A stretch of DNA of 32,000 nt from Pyrococcus furiosus DSM 3638 (GTDB lineage Archaea > Methanobacteriota_B > Thermococci > Thermococcales > Thermococcaceae), in the NCBI RefSeq assembly GCF_000007305.1, contig NC_003413.1:1568141-1600140 (forward strand), read 5' to 3'. A model generated the notes under the pieces. It was given only the letters and a program-made list of their open reading frames with translations, made no database searches and was not told the origin of the DNA. How positions within the stretch are numbered: position 1 is the first letter of the stretch; each line of letters begins with the position of its first letter. This document shows, in pieces, positions 7,751 to 15,588 of this stretch. A program made the position numbers and the translations under genes.

Positions 7751-9256
7751 ATGAATGCAATTGAGATGGAGAATATAGTAAAGGTTTATCCAGATGGAGT
7801 TGTAGCCCTCAAGGGAGTCGACTTTAAAGTAGAAGCTGGGGAAATTCATGGTCTTCTTGGCGAGAACGGAGCTGGAAAAACAACGCTAATGAGGATCCTC
7901 TATGGGGAGATAAAGCCAACAAAGGGAAAAATAAGAGTTTTTGGAAAAGAAGTAAAATTTTCTGGGCCCTGGGACGCAATAAGATCAGGTATAGGAATGG
8001 TTTACCAGCACTTTACATTGGTCCCAACTTTTACTGTTCTTGAAAACCTTTACCTTGCCTTACTTCCATTAAATCCAAAAATTACCCTAAAAGAAGTCAA
8101 AAAACTTGCAAAAGAAAAGATGAAAGAAACTGGGCTCAAAATCCCCCTTGATGAAATAGTAGAGGATCTTCCTATTGGAATTCAGCAGAGAGTTGAGATA
8201 ACTAAGGCACTCATGCAAAATGCTAAGATTTTGATACTAGATGAGCCAACATCAGTATTAACTCCAATTGAAGTTAGAGAACTCTTCAAGACACTTAGAA
8301 AGCTCAAAGAAAAGGGAATTACAATAGTGTTCATTACCCACAAACTGAAGGAGGTAAAGGAGATAACTGATAGAGTCACCGTAATGCGAAGGGGAGAGGT
8401 AATTGGAACAGTGAAGACGAGTGAAGTTTCGGAAAAGGAGCTAGCAAAAATGATGGTGCAAAGGGACGTTGTAATGAAAATTGAGAAAATGCCCAAGGAG
8501 CCAGGAAAAACAGTGCTTAAGGTAGAGAATCTTTGGGTAAAGGACGATAGAGGATTAGATGCAGTAAAGGGAATATCACTAGAGATAAGGGAAGGAGAAA
8601 TACTCGGAATTGCAGGAGTTCAAGGAAATGGACAGAGAGAATTGGCTGAGACACTTGCAGGAGTTAGAAAACCAGAAAAAGGTAAAATTATCTTTGATAA
8701 AAAAGATATTACAAAAACAGGAGCACTTGAAAGATATAAGATGGGAATTGCATACGTTCCCGATTCCAGAAAAGTAGGATTAGTGGAAGAGATGAACATA
8801 GTAGAAAACACCATTCTCACAAATTTATTTGAAGTAGTTAAATCCGGAAGAATTTCTTGGGACAAGGGAAGAAAAATGGCAAAAGATATTGTAGAGAGGT
8901 TTGAAGTCATTACTCCATCCTTAGCTGCCAAAGTAAAACACTTGAGTGGAGGGAACCAACAAAAAATAATGGTTGGAAGAGAGATAATCAGAGAACCAAA
9001 GGTCTTCATAGTTGCAGAGCCAACTCAAGGGTTGGATATAGGAGCAACGGAATTCATAAGAAAAACATTACTGAATCTTAGAGATCAAGGAAAGGGAATT
9101 CTCCTAATTTCAACAGATCTAGATGAGATTCTTCAATTAAGTGATAGAATTGCCGTGATATATGAGGGTCAAATTATGGCAGTTGGAAAACCTGAAGAGT
9201 TCACCCTTGAGAAGCTAGGACTGCTAATGGGTGGTGTGCATGCTGAAAGTGAATGA
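7751..9256 (+). CDS. ABC transporter ATPase with two fused nucleotide-binding domains.
   Basis: Contains Walker A GENGAGKTT, Walker B ILILDEPT and the signature LSGGNQQK in the second half. ATG 7751 is preferred over GTG 7739. Confidence 0.9.
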   Translation: MNAIEMENIVKVYPDGVVALKGVDFKVEAGEIHGLLGENGAGKTTLMRILYGEIKPTKGKIRVFGKEVKFSGPWDAIRSGIGMVYQHFTLVPTFTVLENLYLALLPLNPKITLKEVKKLAKEKMKETGLKIPLDEIVEDLPIGIQQRVEITKALMQNAKILILDEPTSVLTPIEVRELFKTLRKLKEKGITIVFITHKLKEVKEITDRVTVMRRGEVIGTVKTSEVSEKELAKMMVQRDVVMKIEKMPKEPGKTVLKVENLWVKDDRGLDAVKGISLEIREGEILGIAGVQGNGQRELAETLAGVRKPEKGKIIFDKKDITKTGALERYKMGIAYVPDSRKVGLVEEMNIVENTILTNLFEVVKSGRISWDKGRKMAKDIVERFEVITPSLAAKVKHLSGGNQQKIMVGREIIREPKVFIVAEPTQGLDIGATEFIRKTLLNLRDQGKGILLISTDLDEILQLSDRIAVIYEGQIMAVGKPEEFTLEKLGLLMGGVHAESE

Positions 9257-10229
9257 GAAAACACTCGAAGTTATATCTTCGCTAATATTTGCATTCTTAA
9301 TAGGGGCAATTGTCTTAACATTGTTGGGATATAACCCGGCTAAAGTTTACATCATACTATTTAAATACGGGTACGGAAATCTTGAGTATCTCCTTAATAA
9401 AAGCACACCACTTATATTGACAGGACTTGCATTCTCAATACCAGCTCTTGCAGGTGTTTTTAACATAGGGGGAGAAAGCCAACTTTATGTAGGTGCACTT
9501 ACAGCCCTTCTAGTTGCTTATTATACAAGAAATCCTATTTTAGCCCTAATCCTCGGAGGAATAGCAGGAGGTGCCTTAGGACTTTTCATCGGAGCACTTA
9601 GAGTTTACAGAGGCATTAATGAAGTGATAACGGCAATAATGATAAACTGGACAATGTTCTACATTCTAGCGTACCTCATATCAGCCAAATACCACGATCC
9701 AAAAAATCCTCATGAATCCGTTCCAGTCCCATCTGAAGCAAGAATAGGGGGAATTTTCATAATTGCAGTTCTTATTGCTATTCTCTACTATTACCTCCTT
9801 AATTTTACGGAACTTGGGTACAAGTTGAGGGTGTCAGGATTGTCACCTAAATCTGCAAGGTATGCAGGGTTCAATCCCTCCAAGCTAATTCTCTCTTCAA
9901 TGCTATTGGGTGGTCTAGCTGCGGGCCTTGGAGGGGCCCTCTTAGTCCTGGGAATAACATATGCTATTGATGACACTCTCTCCACAGTATATGGAGTTGG
10001 ATTTACGGGAATAGGAATAGGGCTCTTGGGAAGGAACAATCCAATAGGAATAATATTCTCGGGAATATTTATGAGCGGACTGATAATTGGAGGGCAATGG
10101 GTTGAGTTAAAAACAGGAGCCCCACCAGAGCTTGCAGATACGCTAGTAGGTGTAATAGTGATAACCCTTGCAGTTCCCCAGCTGTATAGAGAAATTTTCA
10201 AGAGAATTAGGAGGGAGAAGCATGCTTGA
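9240..10229 (+). CDS. ABC transporter permease (BMP-system, YufP-like).
   Basis: Polytopic hydrophobic protein. ATG 9240 overlaps the ATPase stop and follows GGTGGTG. Confidence 0.85.
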   Translation: MLKVNEKTLEVISSLIFAFLIGAIVLTLLGYNPAKVYIILFKYGYGNLEYLLNKSTPLILTGLAFSIPALAGVFNIGGESQLYVGALTALLVAYYTRNPILALILGGIAGGALGLFIGALRVYRGINEVITAIMINWTMFYILAYLISAKYHDPKNPHESVPVPSEARIGGIFIIAVLIAILYYYLLNFTELGYKLRVSGLSPKSARYAGFNPSKLILSSMLLGGLAAGLGGALLVLGITYAIDDTLSTVYGVGFTGIGIGLLGRNNPIGIIFSGIFMSGLIIGGQWVELKTGAPPELADTLVGVIVITLAVPQLYREIFKRIRREKHA

Positions 10230-11130
10230 AGATGTATTTGTGCTTCTCTCAAACACATTATTTTCAATGGTCCCATTGGTTCTTGCTGGGGTTGGAGAAG
10301 TAATAACAGAGCGCTCTGGAGTGGTTAACATCGGGCTAGAGGGGATATTCATTCTCTCTGCCTTCCTCACAACTGTAGTTACGTTTTACACAGAAAATCC
10401 CTATCTGGGCCTCATAATTGGAATATTAGTTGGAGCACTCTCCGGACTTCTCCACGGGATAATCAGCGTATACTTGAAAGGTGATCAAATAATTGCAGGA
10501 GTTGGTTTTAATTCTCTAGCCTATGGAATAAGCATACTTTCACTTGTAGCCCTATGGCACAGTCACGGCTCCTCTCCTTCTGTAGAAAAGATGCCCGTAA
10601 TTATTATCGGCCACCTTACAATTCCCCCAATGGCAATAGTGGCAATATTAGTTGGAGTAATTACATGGTGGTGGCTATATAAAACTCCAAGCGGTTTAAA
10701 ACTGAGAGCTTGTGGAGAGGATCCAAGAGCTGCTGAGGCTATGGGGGTTAACGTTCACAGAACTAGGCTATATGCAACGATGGTGGGGGGAGCTTTAACT
10801 GGGCTCGGAGGTGCGTATTTAGTTGTGGGATGGATAGGGCAGTTTACAAAGTTTATATCGGCAGGAAGAGGATTCATAGCCCTAGCAAATGTAGCTTTCA
10901 GCAATTGGAATCCACTGATGGCAGTGGTGGGGGGAATTATATTTGGATTCTTTGACGCACTGTCAATATACGTACCAATAAAGATCCAGAAAACCACTGG
11001 AAGAATAATAACCGCAGAATCAAATCTCTTTAGGATAATCCCATATATAGGAACATTATTAGTGGTCACAATAATCATGAAAAAAGTTAAAGCTCCCAGG
11101 GCTCTTGGGAAACCTTATATCAAGGAGTAA
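10222..11130 (+). CDS. ABC transporter permease (BMP-system, YufQ-like).
   Basis: Polytopic protein containing GEVITERSGVVNIGLEG. ATG 10222 overlaps the previous stop (ATGCTTGA). Confidence 0.85.
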   Translation: MLEDVFVLLSNTLFSMVPLVLAGVGEVITERSGVVNIGLEGIFILSAFLTTVVTFYTENPYLGLIIGILVGALSGLLHGIISVYLKGDQIIAGVGFNSLAYGISILSLVALWHSHGSSPSVEKMPVIIIGHLTIPPMAIVAILVGVITWWWLYKTPSGLKLRACGEDPRAAEAMGVNVHRTRLYATMVGGALTGLGGAYLVVGWIGQFTKFISAGRGFIALANVAFSNWNPLMAVVGGIIFGFFDALSIYVPIKIQKTTGRIITAESNLFRIIPYIGTLLVVTIIMKKVKAPRALGKPYIKE

Positions 11131-11142
11131 CTTTCTTTCCCT

Positions 11143-11186
11143 TTTTAAATTCTGGCCAGCTCCACTAATCCAAAAAACAATAAATT
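11143..11186 (+). promoter_or_regulatory. Candidate internal promoter(s) for aroA: TTTTAAAT (11143-11150) and AATAAATT (11179-11186).
   Basis: These are A/T boxes in the 76-nt gap. The second lies about 25 nt upstream of ATG 11207, which has no Shine-Dalgarno sequence, so the transcript may be leaderless. Confidence 0.3.
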
Positions 11187-11206
11187 CATTGGAAGTAGCA
11201 TTCCAC

Positions 11207-12427
11207 ATGCTTAGAATTGTTCCACCAAAAGAAATTCAAGGTGAAGTAATAGCCCCGCCCTCAAAGAGCTACACCCATAGGGGTTATTTTTTGTCCCTCC
11301 TTGCAGATGAAAAAAGTATAGTAGAGAGACCCCTAATTAGTGATGATACCCTTGCAACCATAGATGCAATTAGAGCTTTTGGTGCTGATCTCATAGAAGA
11401 GGTGGTCTATCCTCCCGAAGAATTAAGGCCAAACTATATATTTGCCCGAGATTCTGGAACAACAGCAAGGATTTCAATAATAGTTTCTTCCCTAGCTAAG
11501 GGTGTTAGTGTAATAGATGGTAGGGAACAGCTCCGTAGGAGACCAATGGAAGATGGAGTATCTTCTTTGAGAATGATTGGTGTAGAAGCAATTGGAAAGA
11601 GACTTCCAGTGAAAGTCTTTGGGAGGGGAAGAATTAGTGCCAAAGAAGTCTCCATAGTGGCCGAAAAGTCCTCTCAATTTGCAACAGGCTTTCTAATACT
11701 AGCAGCGAAGATCGGATTGAAAGTCGAAATAGTGAAACCAGTCTCAAAGCCTTATATTGAGATGACACTAAAAACCATGGAAGAGTTTGGCGTTAAATAC
11801 GATAAAGCTCAAGAAAATGAGAGACTAGTAATTTTTGTTGACCCAGGAGTTAAGGGGACAAAATTTAAGGTTCCAGGGGATTATTCCTCAGCGGCAAACT
11901 TCTTAGTTGCCGGTGCACTCTACGGCAAGATAAGGGTCAGAAACTTGATGAGGGATGACGTTCAAGCAGACAAAGAAATCCTCAACATATTGAGGGAATA
12001 TGGAGCAAAAGTTAAGGTAAAAGATGAGTATGTAGAAGTTGAAAGCAACGAAAGAAATCCATTAAATGTAGATTGCTCAAACTTTCCTGATTTATTTCCC
12101 CTCCTAGCTGTTCTTGCGGCATATGCCGAAGGAAAAAGTGTGATACGAGGGAGACAGTTGAGGATTAAAGAAAGTGACAGAATCCATGCAATGGCGGTAA
12201 ATCTTTCAAGAGCTGGAATTAGAGTTAGGGAGCTTAGTGATGGACTTGAAATCTGGGGTGGCCAACCTAAGGGATTTAGGGGGAAAACATTCAATGATCA
12301 TAGGATTACAATGGCTTTAGCAATCCTCGCCCTGGGGGCTAAGGGCGAGAGTATAATTCCTGAAACTAAAAGTATTGCAAAGTCCTATCCAAACTTTTTC
12401 GAGGATTTAATGAGGGTGATAAAATGA
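11207..12427 (+). CDS. aroA: 5-enolpyruvylshikimate-3-phosphate synthase.
   Basis: Contains APPSKSYTHRG, PGDYSSAANFLVAG, LRIKESDRI and NDHRITMA. The start at MLRIVPP fits family N-termini; the longer ORF from 11105 is rejected. Confidence 0.92.
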   Translation: MLRIVPPKEIQGEVIAPPSKSYTHRGYFLSLLADEKSIVERPLISDDTLATIDAIRAFGADLIEEVVYPPEELRPNYIFARDSGTTARISIIVSSLAKGVSVIDGREQLRRRPMEDGVSSLRMIGVEAIGKRLPVKVFGRGRISAKEVSIVAEKSSQFATGFLILAAKIGLKVEIVKPVSKPYIEMTLKTMEEFGVKYDKAQENERLVIFVDPGVKGTKFKVPGDYSSAANFLVAGALYGKIRVRNLMRDDVQADKEILNILREYGAKVKVKDEYVEVESNERNPLNVDCSNFPDLFPLLAVLAAYAEGKSVIRGRQLRIKESDRIHAMAVNLSRAGIRVRELSDGLEIWGGQPKGFRGKTFNDHRITMALAILALGAKGESIIPETKSIAKSYPNFFEDLMRVIK

Positions 12428-13511
12428 ATGGGAAAATGTTGTCATTTCACTTATTTGGAGAGAGTCATGGGAAAGCCGTAGGAGAGTTCTAATAGAAGGA
12501 GTGCCTCCTGGGATAAGAGTTAACCTGGAGGAGTTAAAAGCCGAACTTGAAAGAAGAAAGGGGATTTCCAAATTTTCAACTGCCAGAAAAGAGAGCGACG
12601 AACCTATAATAATTTCCGGAGTTTTTAGAGGATACACTACTGGAGCTCCAATAACAGTAATTGTGGAAAATAAAGACGTAGATTCTTCATATTATGAGGA
12701 GATCAAAGATACTCCTCGACCTGGGCATGCAGATTATCCAGCAAAGATCAAGTATTTTGGCTTCAATGACTATCGAGGAGGAGGAAGGTTTTCTGGAAGG
12801 CTAACTATAGGCTTTGTAATCGCCGGATATTTCGCCAAGAAGATTCTCGAACCAGTGGGAGTAAAAATTAAAGCCTATATAAAGAGAGTTGGAAAAGTGG
12901 AAGCTAGAAACATGAGCATCGAGGAAATATTCAATTCTCCGAACCCTTACTGCCCAGATGAAGATGCATTTAAAGAGATGCTTAAGGAGATGGAAAGTGC
13001 AAAAAAGTCTGGAGACAGCGTTGGTGGAGTGGTAGAGGTTGTTGCAATAAACGTTCCCCCAGGATTAGGTGGACCTTATGAGGATGATATAGAAGCTGAT
13101 CTTGCCTCAACATTTTTCAGAATTCCAGCTGTAAAGGGTGTTGAGTTTGGACTTGGATTTAAGGTTAGTGAAAAGAGAGGTAGTGAAGTAAACGACCCTT
13201 ATGTCATAAAGAACGGAGAAATACAGACGGTAACAAACAATCATGGAGGCATTATAGGAGGAATAACAACAGGAATGCCAATAGTAGCTAGAATAGCGTT
13301 CAAACCAACTCCCTCAATATACCTTCCCCAAAAAACCGTAAATTTAAGAGAAATGAAGGAAACAACTATAAAGCTAAAGGGGAGATTTGACTCCTGCATA
13401 GTTCCTAAAGCTCTTCCCGTGGTTGAAGGTGCAATGGCCTTTGTGCTTGCAGATCACTTTCTTAGGAGGTTAGCCTGGGAAAGATATGTCCACCTATCCA
13501 AAGAATTTTAA
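12424..13511 (+). pseudogene. aroC: Chorismate synthase with the first 22 codons out of frame with the 336-codon main ORF (12501..13511). This may be a frameshift, a recoding event or a sequence error.
   Basis: ATG 12424 reads MNGKMLSFHLFGESHGKAVGEF, then a stop at 12490-12492. The other frame continues VLIEGVPPGIRV..., RPGHADY and GGGRFSGR. Removing GA from GGAGAGTT (12481-12488) restores GESHGKAVGVLIEGVPPG. Confidence 0.8.
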
Positions 13512-13514
13512 ATA
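13507..13514 (+). promoter_or_regulatory. TATA box (TTTAAATA) for the chorismate mutase / aminotransferase / tyrA unit.
   Basis: It overlaps the aroC stop and is paralogous to the 441-455 module. It lies 24 nt upstream of GTGGGGATGGTGAT. Confidence 0.5.
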
Positions 13515-13536
13515 AAAGGACAACCAAAAAGTGGGG

Positions 13537-13569
13537 ATGGTGATGCCACGCCAATATCAACGAATTTAG
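13537..13569 (+). CDS. Hypothetical 10-codon upstream ORF MVMPRQYQRI (or MPRQYQRI from 13543).
   Basis: Same frame logic as at 491..559, with a TAG stop at 13567-13569, 8 nt before the chorismate mutase ATG. There is no homology evidence. Confidence 0.25.
   Translation: MVMPRQYQRI
13539..13555 (+). repeat. Fourth copy of the 17-nt unit (GGTGATGCCACGCCAAT).
   Basis: Identical to unit 1 at 487-503. The following GCCAATATCAA matches the tail of unit 3. Confidence 0.9.
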
Positions 13570-13577
13570 ATGAACAA

Positions 13578-13808
13578 ATGACAACATTAAAACTCCTTAG
13601 AAAGGAGATAGATAAAATAGACAACCAAATAATATCTCTTCTAAAAAAGAGACTTGAAATAGCCCAAGCAATTGGGAAAATAAAGAAAGAGCTCAATCTC
13701 CCCATAGAAGATAGAAAAAGAGAAGAAGAAGTTCTAAGAAGAGCTGGCGAGTTTAGGGAAATTTTTGAAAAGATTTTGGAGGTTAGCAAAGATGTTCAAC
13801 GTTTATGA
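13578..13808 (+). CDS. Chorismate mutase, AroQ class (monofunctional, 76 aa).
   Basis: Contains LRKEIDKIDNQIISLLKKRLEIAQAIGKIKK...PIEDRKREEEVL, typical AroQ helices. Confidence 0.85.
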   Translation: MTTLKLLRKEIDKIDNQIISLLKKRLEIAQAIGKIKKELNLPIEDRKREEEVLRRAGEFREIFEKILEVSKDVQRL

Positions 13809-14829
13809 GCTATTTAATAAGATAAATGAGGTAAAACCAGAGATTCGACTTGATGCAGGACAACCAGATATCCCCGTAGCTAACGAAATAATAGAAGAAG
13901 CCATAAATTCTCTAAAAAGGGGAGAAACTGGCTATGTAAGTACAACTGGAATTAACGAGTTGAGAGAAAAGATAGCAGAAGTAGAAGGAGTGAGCAAAGA
14001 AGAGGTAATTGTTGGGCCTGGAGCCAAAATATTGATAGCTGCAGAGATAGCAATGGCCAACAAGATTGGAGTAATTGCCCCCTACTGGAATGCCTACCTA
14101 TTGATAGCCAAGAACTTTGAAAAAGAAGTTAAAATAATTGAGACAACATTAGAAAACTCCTGGGAGCCTGAAATTAACGACAACTTAGATGTTGACCTCC
14201 TAATTCTCAACTACCCCAATAACCCTACTGGAAAAATACTCCCAAGAGAAAAACTCAAAGAACTCGTAGAAGTTGCAGAAGAGAAAGGAATCAAAATTCT
14301 TTCCGATGAAATCTATGCTGAAATTTCTTTTAAGTCATTTACTCCTGTTCGAGAGCTCTATGAAAACACGGTCACCGTAAAGGGGTTCTCCAAACTGTAT
14401 TCAATGACTGGCTTTAGGCTTGGATACGCTATTGCCGATAAGGAAGAGATAAGGAAAATAAAAACATTCATTGAATCAACTGTCACCTGTGTTCCTCCTT
14501 TCGTTCAAAGGGCTGGGATCAAGGCTTTGGAGCTTAGAGATGAGTTAATGAAAAAAGTGAGTAGGGAGTATAAGAGAAGAGCAGAACTTGCCTCCAAAAT
14601 CTTGAGGGGATTAGAGTTCTATGAACCCGATGGAGCATTCTACATATTCCTCAAAACACCCATTGATGGGTTGGAATTTGTCTATAAACTACTCGAGAGG
14701 GGAGTTTCAGCATTCCCAGGAATAGCGTTTGGAAATTATCAAAACTTCATAAGGATCTCACTAACGAGTGATAAGCTCGAGAAGGGATTAAACATAATCA
14801 AGGAGGTAGCAGAATGCGAATCACAATAA
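13792..14829 (+). CDS. Class I PLP aminotransferase (aspartate/aromatic type).
   Basis: Contains NYPNNPTG and the PLP-lysine region FSKLYSMTGFRLGY. ATG 13792 overlaps the chorismate mutase 3' end. Confidence 0.88.
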   Translation: MFNVYELFNKINEVKPEIRLDAGQPDIPVANEIIEEAINSLKRGETGYVSTTGINELREKIAEVEGVSKEEVIVGPGAKILIAAEIAMANKIGVIAPYWNAYLLIAKNFEKEVKIIETTLENSWEPEINDNLDVDLLILNYPNNPTGKILPREKLKELVEVAEEKGIKILSDEIYAEISFKSFTPVRELYENTVTVKGFSKLYSMTGFRLGYAIADKEEIRKIKTFIESTVTCVPPFVQRAGIKALELRDELMKKVSREYKRRAELASKILRGLEFYEPDGAFYIFLKTPIDGLEFVYKLLERGVSAFPGIAFGNYQNFIRISLTSDKLEKGLNIIKEVAECESQ

Positions 14830-15588
14830 GTGGATATGGTAAAATGGGAAAACTCTTTGGAAGAGTTCTTTCTGAGGAATTAAACTCAGAAGTGAAATTT
14901 TACTCTAGCCATACAATACTAGATTTTTCCACCCTTAGTGAAGCCTATGAATGGAGTGATGTTATGATACTCGCCTCCACAATAGATAACATAAAAGCTC
15001 AGATTAGGGAGTTAAGAGAGATATCATTGAGTAATCCAAAAGATATTATGATTTTTGACATAGCAACGTTCAAAAAAGACGTACTTACCGAGTACCAAGG
15101 ATTTCCCAGGGAGGTAAAAGTAGCAAGCGTCCACCCAATGTTCGGCCCAGGAGCTAAGAGTTTTAGGGGGCATTTATTTTATCGTTGTCCCTGTAAAGGG
15201 CAGGGAAAAAGACGCCGAAGATGTCGGAAAGTTTATCGAAGGATTGGGGGGAAAAGTTGAATTTATGAGTGTGGAGGAGCATGATAGAATAGTTGGATTC
15301 GTTATTGGAGTGCCCTATCTATTGGGCATTGCATATCTTAAACTATCACTTGAAAACAATCTAGAAAGATTTGGGGGGACCTCTTTTAGATTTCTAACAA
15401 TTTATGGAAAGGCAGTGCTAAATGATGGTCCAAGGTTTATAGAAGAAGTCATTAGAAGATCTAGAGAAGAGATAGCAGAATTCCTAAAGAGTATAGATTC
15501 TGTAAATGTGCATGAACTATCTAAAAAAGTCTCAAGAGAAGAGATAGAGAGGGCATATGAAAAGTTTTACAAAATTTTAGATCCCTAA
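14814..15588 (+). pseudogene. tyrA: Prephenate dehydrogenase split into two ORFs (14814..15260 and 15244..15588) by a 1-nt frameshift at a G5 run.
   Basis: The upstream frame reads ...SVHPMFGPGAKSFRG, then an Arg/Cys-rich nonsense tail. The +1 frame, open from 15124, reads IYFIVVPVKGREKDAEDVGKFIEGLGGKVEFMSVEEHDRIV. Deleting one G in 15166-15170 joins them. Confidence 0.8.

Noticed and set aside
11105-11206. A 34-codon N-terminal extension of aroA (ORF listed from 11105).
   Set aside because: The extension overlaps the permease 3' end and the intergenic T-rich/TATA region and has no EPSP synthase similarity. Family N-termini begin at MLRIVPP... (ATG 11207).
15171-15260. Arg/Cys-rich peptide CPCKGQGKRRRRCRKVYRR, resembling a zinc- or nucleic-acid-binding tail on TyrA.
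   Set aside because: It is the out-of-frame translation downstream of the G5 frameshift. The alternative frame gives canonical prephenate dehydrogenase sequence.
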